DNA from: an uncultured Clostridia bacterium
GTDB taxonomy: Bacteria; Bacillota; Clostridia; Christensenellales; UBA1242
Reading direction: 5' to 3'
Assembly (NCBI GenBank): GCA_934749845.1
Contig: CAKVHQ010000001.1
Span: 11,750 to 75,749 of the forward strand
DNA length: 64,000 bases
A program made the translations under genes and the position numbers. Of this stretch, positions 19,075 to 27,624 are shown in pieces (position 1 is the first letter of the stretch; the number at the start of each line of letters is the position of its first letter). The notes beneath the pieces were generated by a model. The model was not told the DNA's origin. It was given only the letters and a program-made list of their open reading frames with translations, and did not search any database.

Positions 19075-19144
19075 CTGCGTTTGTTGAAGTGAGTCTTTCT
19101 TAACAACTTAAAACGGTTAAAAACTGCTTTAATTTAATTGGACA

Positions 19145-19171
19145 ATATGCTTAGCGAAGCGAGCATATAAA
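19145..19171. repeat. Palindromic 27-28 nt repeat, copy 2
   Basis: atatgcttagcgaagcgagcatataaa. It differs from copy 1 by one base in the loop. Confidence 0.7.
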
Positions 19172-19256
19172 TTGCGAGGCTAGTAAGTATCTACCCACTA
19201 CCCTTAATGAGAGATGCAAACTAACATCTATTTTTTTTATGAAATATTTTGCTTAT

Positions 19257-19286
19257 ATAAAAAAGCCACAACTTTTAGTGTGGCTT
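19257..19286 (-). terminator. Rho-independent terminator
   Basis: On the minus strand, agccacactaaaagttgtggct followed by a T-run. It overlaps the stop at 19286. Confidence 0.7.
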
Positions 19287-20038
19287 TAATCTCCATTTTC
19301 ATTTAAAATTCTTTTAGTTGTTTTTACAAAGTATATCGCATTTATTATAATACTAATTAACACACAGACTATCATAAGATATGCACCATAATCAAATGAC
19401 ATTGAGTTACTTGCATTTGGGCGATTTATATTACATATAAATGAAAAACTTACAACGAAAAATAATAAGAATGAAACAAATTTTACTATTGAGACTAAAA
19501 ATTGAAAATTTAAAGACTTTTCTTGAACTTTTTTCGAAGTTGTAAATAGTTTAAAAATATTAAAAACTATTTCAACTAACACGCATGAAAATAAAATATA
19601 ATATAATATTTGTGCCGTTTTCATTGAAAATTCGACTCCAAAATAATTGAAATTTAAAATAGAGACAAATTCAATAAAGGAACAATTTCCTTGATTAAAC
19701 TTTACAAATGGCAGAAATAATAAAACAGTAAAAACTACATTTATAAATAACAAAATAAAATTTGCATATTCTTCAAAACTAATAGAAATAGCAATAGGAA
19801 TAGGCAAAATATTTCTATCAATAGGCTTTGGTCTTAGGTCACTATAAATTAAATCTTCCATCGAAACATTAAAATACTTAGCCATTTGATTTATAAAATC
19901 CATATTAGGTAATGTGTTTTTAGATTTAGCTTTTTCTAGCATATCTAAATTTATTTGATTTTTTTCACAGATAAAATTTTTATCAATACAATTTTTTTCA
20001 CATAAATAATCAAAGTTACTATAAAAGTAGTAAATCAT
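19286..20038 (-). CDS. Membrane-tethered protein with a degenerate N-terminal XRE-type HTH and 4-5 TM helices
   Basis: KNTLPNMDFINQMAKYFNVSMEDLIY resembles helices 4-5 of XRE HTH domains. The C-terminal ~170 aa are hydrophobic. Confidence 0.6.
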   Translation of the reverse strand: MIYYFYSNFDYLCEKNCIDKNFICEKNQINLDMLEKAKSKNTLPNMDFINQMAKYFNVSMEDLIYSDLRPKPIDRNILPIPIAISISFEEYANFILLFINVVFTVLLFLPFVKFNQGNCSFIEFVSILNFNYFGVEFSMKTAQILYYILFSCVLVEIVFNIFKLFTTSKKVQEKSLNFQFLVSIVKFVSFLLFFVVSFSFICNINRPNASNSMSFDYGAYLMIVCVLISIIINAIYFVKTTKRILNENGD

Positions 20039-20053
20039 AATTGCTCCTTACAA

Positions 20054-20110
20054 TCAACATTTTATTGAATTTATACTTATTATAATAAATGTTTTATTGA
20101 TTGTCAATAA
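20054..20110. promoter_or_regulatory. Divergent promoter region with two operator-like inverted repeats
   Basis: TCAACAtttTATTGA (20054-20068, one mismatch) and perfect TTATTGAttgTCAATAA (20094-20110) flank a TATAAT at 20081-20086. Confidence 0.45.
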
Positions 20111-20154
20111 TTTCATTCAACAATTTGTTAAAATTAATTTAGGAGTTAAATACA

Positions 20155-20478
20155 ATGTTGAATCTAAAAGAAATAAGAGAAAGTTATGGATTACAGCAAA
20201 AAGATATTGCACAAAAACTAAATAGAACTATTGCCTGCATATCGTCATGGGAAACTGGTAAAACTGAACCTAGCATAGACGACTTGATTCAACTTGCTTC
20301 TATATTAAAAGTCTCAGTAGACAACTTAATAAATAATAGTGATGAATATAAACAAAAAATAGAATATAATACATTAAGTCAACCAGAATTACAAATATTA
20401 AATACAGTAAAAAAACTTAAAACAGAACAAAAATATCAGGTTTTAGGGTTTGCAAAATCATTTATTAACAAAGATTAA
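20155..20478 (+). CDS. XRE-family HTH transcriptional regulator
   Basis: LKEIRESYGLQQKDIAQKLNRTIACISSWETGKTEPSIDDLIQLASILKVSVDNLI is a canonical Cro/C1-type HTH. Confidence 0.85.
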   Translation: MLNLKEIRESYGLQQKDIAQKLNRTIACISSWETGKTEPSIDDLIQLASILKVSVDNLINNSDEYKQKIEYNTLSQPELQILNTVKKLKTEQKYQVLGFAKSFINKD

Positions 20479-20506
20479 AAAAGCGACTAATTTTAGTCGC
20501 TTTTTG
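20477..20506. terminator. Bidirectional terminator
   Basis: aaaaaagcgacta atttt agtcgcttttt lies between convergent xre and cysS. Confidence 0.8.
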
Positions 20507-21916
20507 TTATTTGCGTTCAAATTTTGTTCCGTTTGGTGTATCTATTAAGGTAATTCCTAAAGCGAGCAATTCAGCACGAATTTGGTCGGCTTTTTGATAG
20601 TCTTTGTTCTTTTTTGCGTCAAGTCTTAATGCAATTTTATTTTCAATTTCTTCATCACTAATTGTTTGTGCCTTTTGTTTGCTTTCACTCTTATCTTGTG
20701 CTAACAAATCCAAAGCCAAAACTCTATCAAAATCTTTAACGAGTTCAAGTTTTGTTTTATTAGACAACTCTTTGTCTTTAAGCATATCATACAAAACTGT
20801 TATTGCCATTGATGTGTTAAGGTCGTTATCAATTGCATCTTTAAATTTTTGCTTATAATCGTCAAATTGAGTTTGGTTAAATTCGCCATCATCAGCAATA
20901 TTTGAAATTTTCTTTATGAGTTTTTTATATGCATTTGAAGCGTTATCTAAAATGTCGTAAGTGAAAAGCAACGGCTTTCTGTAATGCGATTGCAAGCAGA
21001 AAAATCTATATTCGTTTGGGGTATAACCTTTACTGCACAAAACTTTTAAAGTTAAAAATTCTCCGCTTGACTTACTCATTTTGCCATTTTTGTCTTGCAA
21101 GTGAAGAACATGCATCCAGTGCGAACACCACTCGTGACCTAAATATGCTTCACTTTGAGCAATTTCGTTTGTGTGATGAGGGAAAGCATTATCTATTCCA
21201 CCACAATGGATATCGACATACTCGCCTAAATGCTTCATCGCGATGCAAGAACATTCGATATGCCAACCTGGGTAACCTGTTCCCCATGGGCTTTCCCATC
21301 TTAATGCTTGATTTTCAAACTTGGATTTGGTGAACCAAAGCACAAAATCGTTTGGGTGGCGTTTGCTTGTATCTTCGTTTACGCCTTCTCTTACGCCAAC
21401 TTCCAAATCATCTTTTTTGAAACTATAGAAAACATGATATTTTTTCAACTTGCTTGTGTCGAAATACACATTTCCCCCAGCAATATAAGCATAGCCTTTA
21501 TCAAGCAAAGCAGAAATAACTTTAATAAAATCGCCTATACAATTTGTTGCAGGTTCTTTAACATCTGGCATTAAGATGTTAAGTTTTTTCAAGTCTTCAA
21601 AAAACGCATCGGCATAAAATTGAGCAATTTCCTTGATTGTTTTATGCTCTCTTTCTGCACCTTTTAGCATTTTATCTTCGCCATAGTCGCTGTCGTCCGA
21701 CAAATGTCCAACATCGGTTATGTTCATAACTCTTTTAACATTATAGCCGTCATATTTTAATGTTCTAACTAAAATATCTTCCATTAAATAACTACGCAAA
21801 TTGCCAATATGCGCAAAGTTATAAACTGTTGGTCCACAAGTGTATACCTTAACTTCATTTTTATCTCTTGGTGTAAATTGTTCAATCTGTCTTGTTAATG
21901 AATTGTAAAGTTTCAT
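20507..21916 (-). CDS. cysS: Cysteine--tRNA ligase
   Basis: CGPTVYNFAHIGNLRSY (HIGH motif) and KMSKS are both present. 469 aa. Confidence 0.95.
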   Translation of the reverse strand: MKLYNSLTRQIEQFTPRDKNEVKVYTCGPTVYNFAHIGNLRSYLMEDILVRTLKYDGYNVKRVMNITDVGHLSDDSDYGEDKMLKGAEREHKTIKEIAQFYADAFFEDLKKLNILMPDVKEPATNCIGDFIKVISALLDKGYAYIAGGNVYFDTSKLKKYHVFYSFKKDDLEVGVREGVNEDTSKRHPNDFVLWFTKSKFENQALRWESPWGTGYPGWHIECSCIAMKHLGEYVDIHCGGIDNAFPHHTNEIAQSEAYLGHEWCSHWMHVLHLQDKNGKMSKSSGEFLTLKVLCSKGYTPNEYRFFCLQSHYRKPLLFTYDILDNASNAYKKLIKKISNIADDGEFNQTQFDDYKQKFKDAIDNDLNTSMAITVLYDMLKDKELSNKTKLELVKDFDRVLALDLLAQDKSESKQKAQTISDEEIENKIALRLDAKKNKDYQKADQIRAELLALGITLIDTPNGTKFERK

Positions 21917-21947
21917 TTCACTCTCCTATATTTTTTGACAATATTAT

Positions 21948-23174
21948 TTATGATAAAGTGCAAAAATAGTATTTCTTTTTTCCACGGCGAATAACAATAA
22001 TGTCTCCGTCAATGGCAATATCGCTGTTAATTTCAAATTGAGAATCTTTAATAATTTCGCCATTAACCGAAATTGCCCCGTTGGCAATAAACTCGTTTGC
22101 CTCTCGCTTGGAACTGCATATTTTAGTTAACGCAAGCACATTAACCAAAGTGTTTTTCTCGATGTTGTAATGTGGCACATCTTTTAAGCCAACTCTTAAA
22201 TCTTTTGTTGGGATTTGTTTAATCTCGCCTGCAAATAAGTGCTCGCTAATTTCTTGCGCTTGTTTAAAAGCATCTTCTCCATGCAAATCTGTGATAATTT
22301 CTCTTGCAAGGATTTTTTGAGCAAGCCTTAAATGTGGTGCTTCGAAATGACGCTTTTCAATATCTTCAATTTCTTCTTTGCTTAAAAAGGTCAGGCGTTT
22401 TAAGTAGGAAATAATCACATCATCTTCGGCATTTATTAAAAATTGGTATAGTTCGTAAGAACTTGTTTTATTTTTGTCAATCCAAACAGCATTGCCTTCG
22501 CTTTTACCAAATTTTGTTCCATGAGAATCGGTTACAAGTGGCATTGTCATTGCATAAACTTCATCGCCAGTAGTTTTTCTAATAAGTTCAATTCCGGTTG
22601 TAATGTTTCCCCATTGGTCAGAACCAGCAACTTGCAAGTCCACGCCCATATGTTCGTGCAAATACTTAAAATCTAAACCTTGAATTAACATATACGAAAA
22701 TTCAGCATAAGAAATTCCGCCATTTTCCATTTGTCTTTTAACAAGGTCTTTGCTAAGCATATATCCAACATTGATATATTTTCCGTAATCTCTTAAAAAA
22801 TCAATAACATGAATATCCTTTACCCAATCGTAATTATTAACAACAGGATATGGGAAAATTCTTTGAATTTGTGTTTTTAATTTTTCAAAATTTTCAAAAA
22901 CAACATTTTTGTCGGACAACTTTCGTTCGGTTGTTCCTCTTGGGTCGCCAACAAGACCAGTTGCTCCGCCAATTAAGATTATTGGGTGATGACCATATTT
23001 TGCTAGTCTTCTAGTTATCAAAAATGAAGAATAATGACCTAAATGCAAACTGTCGGCTGTTGGGTCTGTGCCGATATAAAAAGTCAAACCGCCGTTGTTA
23101 AGTTTATCTATTAAGTCTGGGCTTGTTATTTCTTGAATTAAGCCTCTCCATTTTAAATCTTCGTATACTGTCAT
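21948..23174 (-). CDS. tyrS: Tyrosine--tRNA ligase
   Basis: The start is re-set to MTVYEDLKWRGL (ATG at 23174, RBS ggaggaaagt). It has GTDPTADSLHLGHY, KFGKSEGN and a C-terminal S4 domain. Confidence 0.95.
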   Translation of the reverse strand: MTVYEDLKWRGLIQEITSPDLIDKLNNGGLTFYIGTDPTADSLHLGHYSSFLITRRLAKYGHHPIILIGGATGLVGDPRGTTERKLSDKNVVFENFEKLKTQIQRIFPYPVVNNYDWVKDIHVIDFLRDYGKYINVGYMLSKDLVKRQMENGGISYAEFSYMLIQGLDFKYLHEHMGVDLQVAGSDQWGNITTGIELIRKTTGDEVYAMTMPLVTDSHGTKFGKSEGNAVWIDKNKTSSYELYQFLINAEDDVIISYLKRLTFLSKEEIEDIEKRHFEAPHLRLAQKILAREIITDLHGEDAFKQAQEISEHLFAGEIKQIPTKDLRVGLKDVPHYNIEKNTLVNVLALTKICSSKREANEFIANGAISVNGEIIKDSQFEINSDIAIDGDIIVIRRGKKKYYFCTLS

Positions 23175-23272
23175 ACTTTCCTCCATAGATTGATAGTTTA
23201 GCACACTTTTGTTTTTATGGCAAAAGATAAATTGTAATTGACACGCCCAAGAAAAAATTTCTTGAAAGAGTC

Positions 23273-23302
23273 TTGACTAAAACCCCGCCAAAAATATATA
23301 AT
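23273..23302 (+). promoter_or_regulatory. Sigma-A type promoter candidate
   Basis: TTGACT, 18-nt spacer, TATAAT, 26 nt upstream of the ATG at 23328. Confidence 0.5.
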
Positions 23303-23327
23303 TCAACTTGTATTTTAGAGGTTAAGT

Positions 23328-24020
23328 ATGATAATTGCACTTATTTTTACACTTGTGGTTTTTTTATTTTTAACTTTGGTGCTTATATTTTTTGGAGTGC
23401 CTATTGTTAAGCCCAAAGTGAATGTGACTAGTGAAAAAATAAAAGTCGCTTGCGTGGGCGACAGCATAACCTTTGGATTTGGCGTTTCAAATTGGAAGGA
23501 AAATAATTATCCACATAGTCTTAACAAATTGCTTGGAGAAAGTTATGATGTTGCCAACTTTGGCGATTGCGGAAGAACCGCACTTAAAGATAGTAGTTTT
23601 CCATACCCAAAAAGCAAGACATATTTAAGTAGCCTAAACTATAACCCAGAAATTGTAATTATCATGCTAGGCACAAACGACACTAGGGAAAGAGATTGGA
23701 AAGGCAAAGATGTTTTCAAACAGCAATACGAAGAACTTATAAATTCATATAAAGCATTAAATAGTGTTAAAAAAATTTACATCTGCACGCCCATTCCAGC
23801 ATACAAAAACATTCATCAGGTTAGGCCGCAAATAATTCAAGACGAAATTTACTCCGCTGTGAAAGAACTTGCCCAGAAATTAAACCTAACTTTAATTGAT
23901 ACAAATCAAGAATTTTTAAACAAGCCAAAACTTTTAATGGATGGTGTTCATCCAAACAAAAAAGGAGCATCACTGCTTGCAACAACAATATTTAATTCAT
24001 TAAAAAGCAACTCAAATTAG
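23328..24020 (+). CDS. SGNH/GDSL-family hydrolase (esterase) with an N-terminal TM anchor
   Basis: Block I VACVGDSITFG, block III GTND, block V DGVHPN. Confidence 0.8.
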   Translation: MIIALIFTLVVFLFLTLVLIFFGVPIVKPKVNVTSEKIKVACVGDSITFGFGVSNWKENNYPHSLNKLLGESYDVANFGDCGRTALKDSSFPYPKSKTYLSSLNYNPEIVIIMLGTNDTRERDWKGKDVFKQQYEELINSYKALNSVKKIYICTPIPAYKNIHQVRPQIIQDEIYSAVKELAQKLNLTLIDTNQEFLNKPKLLMDGVHPNKKGASLLATTIFNSLKSNSN

Positions 24021-24033
24021 AGTTGCTTTTTTA
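24005..24033 (+). terminator. Rho-independent terminator
   Basis: aagcaactc aaatta gagttgctt followed by tttt. It overlaps the stop. Confidence 0.7.
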
Positions 24034-25029
24034 AATATTAAATGGAATAAACAAATTAAATAGCATTCCCACCACTGCACCAATTAAATACAGTAATAAA
24101 ACGATAAATAAATTTTGCTTCCAATTTTTTTTGTTTTTGAAAAGCACAAGCAATCCAACGCCAGCACCAGTGCATAAACCGCCAAGGCAGGACGAGAACG
24201 ATAGCATTCCGTTGATGTATAAGTCGGCTAGCACGCAACTGCCCGCACAATTTGGAATTAACCCAATTAGTGAGCAAATTAAAGGCGAATACCACTTGTT
24301 TGTTCCCAGTAAGCCCGCCAGCACTTCTTCTCCACCAGCAAGTTGCAAAATTACTGTGATAACAATGTTTGCCACAAGAATTATTGCAAATATTTGAAGC
24401 GAGTGAATTAACCCCTGCAAGCAAATATGCCAAAATACTTTTGATTTGTTTTTTTCATTTTCTTCAAGTTCGTGATGATGATGTAAATGATTGTGTTCGC
24501 ATGCTTCACAACATTTTTCTTCGCTATTACATTTTTCACAACATTCATTTTCTTGTTCTTGCTTTGAGTGATTGTGAGAATGTTCATGCTCGAAGTGAGT
24601 GCTATGTTCCAAATTATCTGCAACCAAATTTTTAGCATCTTTTTTGAAAATTAAATCTAAAAGATAGCCAATTAGTATTGCTAGAACAATTTTGCAACCG
24701 ATTAAAGCAAGCAGTGACCAAATATGTCCCGGACTCGAAAGCAAAATGGCAAAAGCCTCGTCACTAGTTGCAATAAAAACAGCAAAAAGTGTTCCTATCG
24801 TTATCATTTTTCTTGAAAACAAGTCTGCCATCACCGCCGAGAACCCACATTGCGGAATGCAACCTAATCCAGCCGCCCACAAAGGTCCATATCTTTTTGA
24901 TGAGGCAAGCATTTTTTCAAACTTAACCGACCCTTTATGCTCCAAAAATTCAATTAGAATGTAAACAACTAACAAAATTGGAAGGGCTTTTAAAGAATCA
25001 ATTAAAGTTTCTAAAATTGCATTCCACAT
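24031..25029 (-). CDS. Putative metal permease of the ArsP_2 / 10-TM exporter type with a His/Cys-rich loop
   Basis: Two homologous halves each carry GLIPNCG / GCIPQCG motifs. The central loop is HSTHFEHEHSHNHSK...CCEKCNSEEKCCEACEHNHLHHHH. The family name is from memory. Confidence 0.65.
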   Translation of the reverse strand: MWNAILETLIDSLKALPILLVVYILIEFLEHKGSVKFEKMLASSKRYGPLWAAGLGCIPQCGFSAVMADLFSRKMITIGTLFAVFIATSDEAFAILLSSPGHIWSLLALIGCKIVLAILIGYLLDLIFKKDAKNLVADNLEHSTHFEHEHSHNHSKQEQENECCEKCNSEEKCCEACEHNHLHHHHELEENEKNKSKVFWHICLQGLIHSLQIFAIILVANIVITVILQLAGGEEVLAGLLGTNKWYSPLICSLIGLIPNCAGSCVLADLYINGMLSFSSCLGGLCTGAGVGLLVLFKNKKNWKQNLFIVLLLYLIGAVVGMLFNLFIPFNI

Positions 25030-25126
25030 AAAATCCTCTTAAATAATTTATTTGTAATTATTTCATAAAATAACTGCGATAGTTTATCATTATAAAAAGA
25101 AAAAATCAATATTATTAGTTTAAATA

Positions 25127-25157
25127 TTAAAAAAATAAAAGGCTCAACGCCTTTTAC
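25127..25157 (-). terminator. Rho-independent terminator
   Basis: On the minus strand, aaaaggcgttgagcctttt followed by atttttttaa. Confidence 0.65.
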
Positions 25158-25162
25158 TTTAT

Positions 25163-25390
25163 TTAGACATTCAATAGTCTCCAAATTCTGCCATGAAGAA
25201 CCATCATTACAATGTCAACAATCCAGATAATAAAGCCTAGTCCTATAAGTCTAATTAAACCTGCAACAATTTTTCCTTCCATAAGTCTTGTGATTGCACC
25301 ACAAAGCCAAGATGTTACTGGAATAATTACAAGAATAAGACTGATAATTCTACCAAGTCCGAAATAATCTCTTGAACTTTTCTTTGCCAT
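25163..25390 (-). CDS. Small two-TM membrane protein (75 aa)
   Basis: The start is re-set to MAKKSSRDYFG (ATG at 25390, RBS agaaaggggg). Confidence 0.6.
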   Translation of the reverse strand: MAKKSSRDYFGLGRIISLILVIIPVTSWLCGAITRLMEGKIVAGLIRLIGLGFIIWIVDIVMMVLHGRIWRLLNV

Positions 25391-25613
25391 TTGGTTTTCC
25401 CCCTTTCTTTTGTAATATAGTATATTATACACCGCTTTAAAATATTATACAATTTTTTTAAAGCAATTTTTTTGGCAAATAATCACATTTTTTGTTTCAA
25501 ATATATACTGTTATGTGCTAATATTATCATGAAAAAAGCACAAATTATAATTATACAAATGCTTAAGAAGTGAAGCAGGTTTTTAACTCTGCTTTACATT
25601 TATGAGAGGTTAA

Positions 25614-26513
25614 ATGGATAAATACATTGTTAAAGTTTCACAGATGAACAATAAATTACTAAACGATTTAAACAACTACATTTCAGTTTGCGAGCATAAC
25701 TATAAGTCGCAAATGGAAAAGATTGTTGAATATTTTAAAATCAATAGCGAAATAAAATTTATTTTGCTTGCTGGCCCATCTTCAAGTGGCAAAACAACAA
25801 CGGCAAGATTATTAAAAGAATGTTTAGAACAAAATGGTTTTAATGCAAAGTCAATTAGTCTTGATGATTTTTTTGTTGAACGAGTTGACACTCCACTTTG
25901 GGATAACGGCAAGCCAAACTATGAAAGCGTGGACTCTATTGACTGGAAACTATTTAGCACTTGTGCTCACAACTTGCAAACGCAAGGCAAGTCGGTTATG
26001 CCAACCTACGATTTCATTACAGGCACAAAATCGTATAACACCGAATTAAGTTTAAAACAAAATGATGTTATTATTATTGAGGGTCTTCACAGTTTAAATC
26101 CTATAATTGACAATTTTATTCAAGCAAAAAATAGTTTAAAAATTTATCTAGCACCTTCGATAATGTATCTTCGAGATGACGAAGAAATAATGAATGAAAT
26201 TACATTACGCTTTTTTAGAAGGCTTATTCGCGATGTTTACACCCGCGGTTCAACACCAGATAAAACTTTAAACGAATGGGACGATGTTAGACGAGGAGAA
26301 AAACTTTATATCGACCCATACAAGTCGACAGCAAACTTTTCGATAAACTCTTCTCACCCATATGAAGTTGCAATCTATAAGTCAATAATTAAAGAACTTA
26401 ATCTTGAGCAAAACGAAAGAATGAAACCATTATTAAAACCGTTTGACAATTTTGTTGCGATAGATAAAAAGTCAGTGCCAAAAGATTCGTTAATACAAGA
26501 ATTTGTTCATTAA
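25614..26513 (+). CDS. Uridine kinase-family P-loop nucleoside kinase
   Basis: Walker A LLAGPSSSGKTTTA and Walker B-like VIIIEGLH. 299 aa. Confidence 0.7.
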   Translation: MDKYIVKVSQMNNKLLNDLNNYISVCEHNYKSQMEKIVEYFKINSEIKFILLAGPSSSGKTTTARLLKECLEQNGFNAKSISLDDFFVERVDTPLWDNGKPNYESVDSIDWKLFSTCAHNLQTQGKSVMPTYDFITGTKSYNTELSLKQNDVIIIEGLHSLNPIIDNFIQAKNSLKIYLAPSIMYLRDDEEIMNEITLRFFRRLIRDVYTRGSTPDKTLNEWDDVRRGEKLYIDPYKSTANFSINSSHPYEVAIYKSIIKELNLEQNERMKPLLKPFDNFVAIDKKSVPKDSLIQEFVH

Positions 26514-26532
26514 AAAATTTTAATTAAAAATA

Positions 26533-26563
26533 AAAAAAGCCACCTTAAATGGTGGATTTTTTA
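26533..26563. terminator. Bidirectional terminator
   Basis: aaaaaaagccacc ttaaat ggtggattttt. Confidence 0.7.
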
Positions 26564-26833
26564 TTAAAACAAATCTTTGTAAGCTTTGCCCATTTTGAAT
26601 GATGGAACTTTGCTTGCAGGAAGTTTTGTTTTTTGTTTTGTTAATGGATTGTAAACTTCTCTTGCAGGTTTTGATTTTAGTTCGTATGTTCCAAAACCAA
26701 CCAATGCAACTTTGTCGCCTGCTTTTAATGTTTCAGCGATAATTTCAAGTTGTGCTTGATATGCTGCTTCTGCTTGTTTTTGTGTTAAGTTTGCTTTTTC
26801 TGCAACTGCTTTAACAAATTCTGTTTTGTTCAT
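26564..26833 (-). CDS. hup: DNA-binding protein HU
   Basis: MNKTEFVKAVAEKANLTQKQAEAA...GFGTYELKSKPAREVYNPLTKQKTKLPASKVPSFKMGKAYKD. Confidence 0.93.
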   Translation of the reverse strand: MNKTEFVKAVAEKANLTQKQAEAAYQAQLEIIAETLKAGDKVALVGFGTYELKSKPAREVYNPLTKQKTKLPASKVPSFKMGKAYKDLF

Positions 26834-27025
26834 CTATTGAACACCTCCATATTTTTTGTCAATTTCATTTTACCATTTTTTGTCGATTGTACAAAGTTTT
26901 TTTACCAAAAATATAATTTTTAATTGGTTTTTTACCAAATTTGTCGAGATTTTTCTTGTTTTTGGTATCACTATTTACGATTATGCACAAAAAAATCGGC
27001 TTTTAAACCGATTTTTAACTTTTAA

Positions 27026-27607
27026 CTATGCCAAAATTCCTTCGCTTAAATATTTGTAAAGTGCATTATGAGAAGCATATGATGTGTATTTAATGTAACT
27101 ATATGAACTTGCAACATCGTTGCCTTTAATGATATAAGCATTTACTGATGATAGAACTTGACTATTTTTAATTTCAATTACAACATGACGATAATTTTTC
27201 TCGTCTGTATCAAATTCAACATTTGAACCATGCTTTACAGTTTCTTGTTCGTTGTTATAACTAAATTCGATGTAAATAACATTTTTTGCATCTTTCATTT
27301 GATTTGCATTAAAAGCACTAGAACTATCAACTGTTTGCACTTTTTTTAGTGACTTGCCTTGAAAGAAAGATTGCATAAATGAAGTTTTAAAGCCCTTGTT
27401 ATAAAGGTTCATAATTTTGTTAAACTCATCTTCGTCTTTATAGTAAGTTTGAGCTTGAGTGCCGTCTGCGTTGTAAATTGTAATTCTATCTGGGCTTGCC
27501 AAGTTTACATTGAAATTTTTTGGAATAAATGCACTAACAAGCACAAATATAGCAAAAAGTAAAACAATAGATGAAACAACTATACTAATTATCTTTTTTG
27601 TTTTCAT
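27026..27607 (-). CDS. Hypothetical membrane-anchored protein, 193 aa
   Basis: ORF with an N-terminal TM helix, immediately downstream of ftsH (17-bp gap). Confidence 0.6.
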   Translation of the reverse strand: MKTKKIISIVVSSIVLLFAIFVLVSAFIPKNFNVNLASPDRITIYNADGTQAQTYYKDEDEFNKIMNLYNKGFKTSFMQSFFQGKSLKKVQTVDSSSAFNANQMKDAKNVIYIEFSYNNEQETVKHGSNVEFDTDEKNYRHVVIEIKNSQVLSSVNAYIIKGNDVASSYSYIKYTSYASHNALYKYLSEGILA

Positions 27608-27624
27608 AAATATCTCCTGTGCGA

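Noticed and set aside
23175-23327. A T-box riboswitch upstream of tyrS (also checked upstream of alaS, lysK and cysS).
   Set aside because: The gaps are too short (31-153 bp) and I could not find a specifier-loop/T-box consensus by eye. It is reported as an absence in the findings rather than as a feature.
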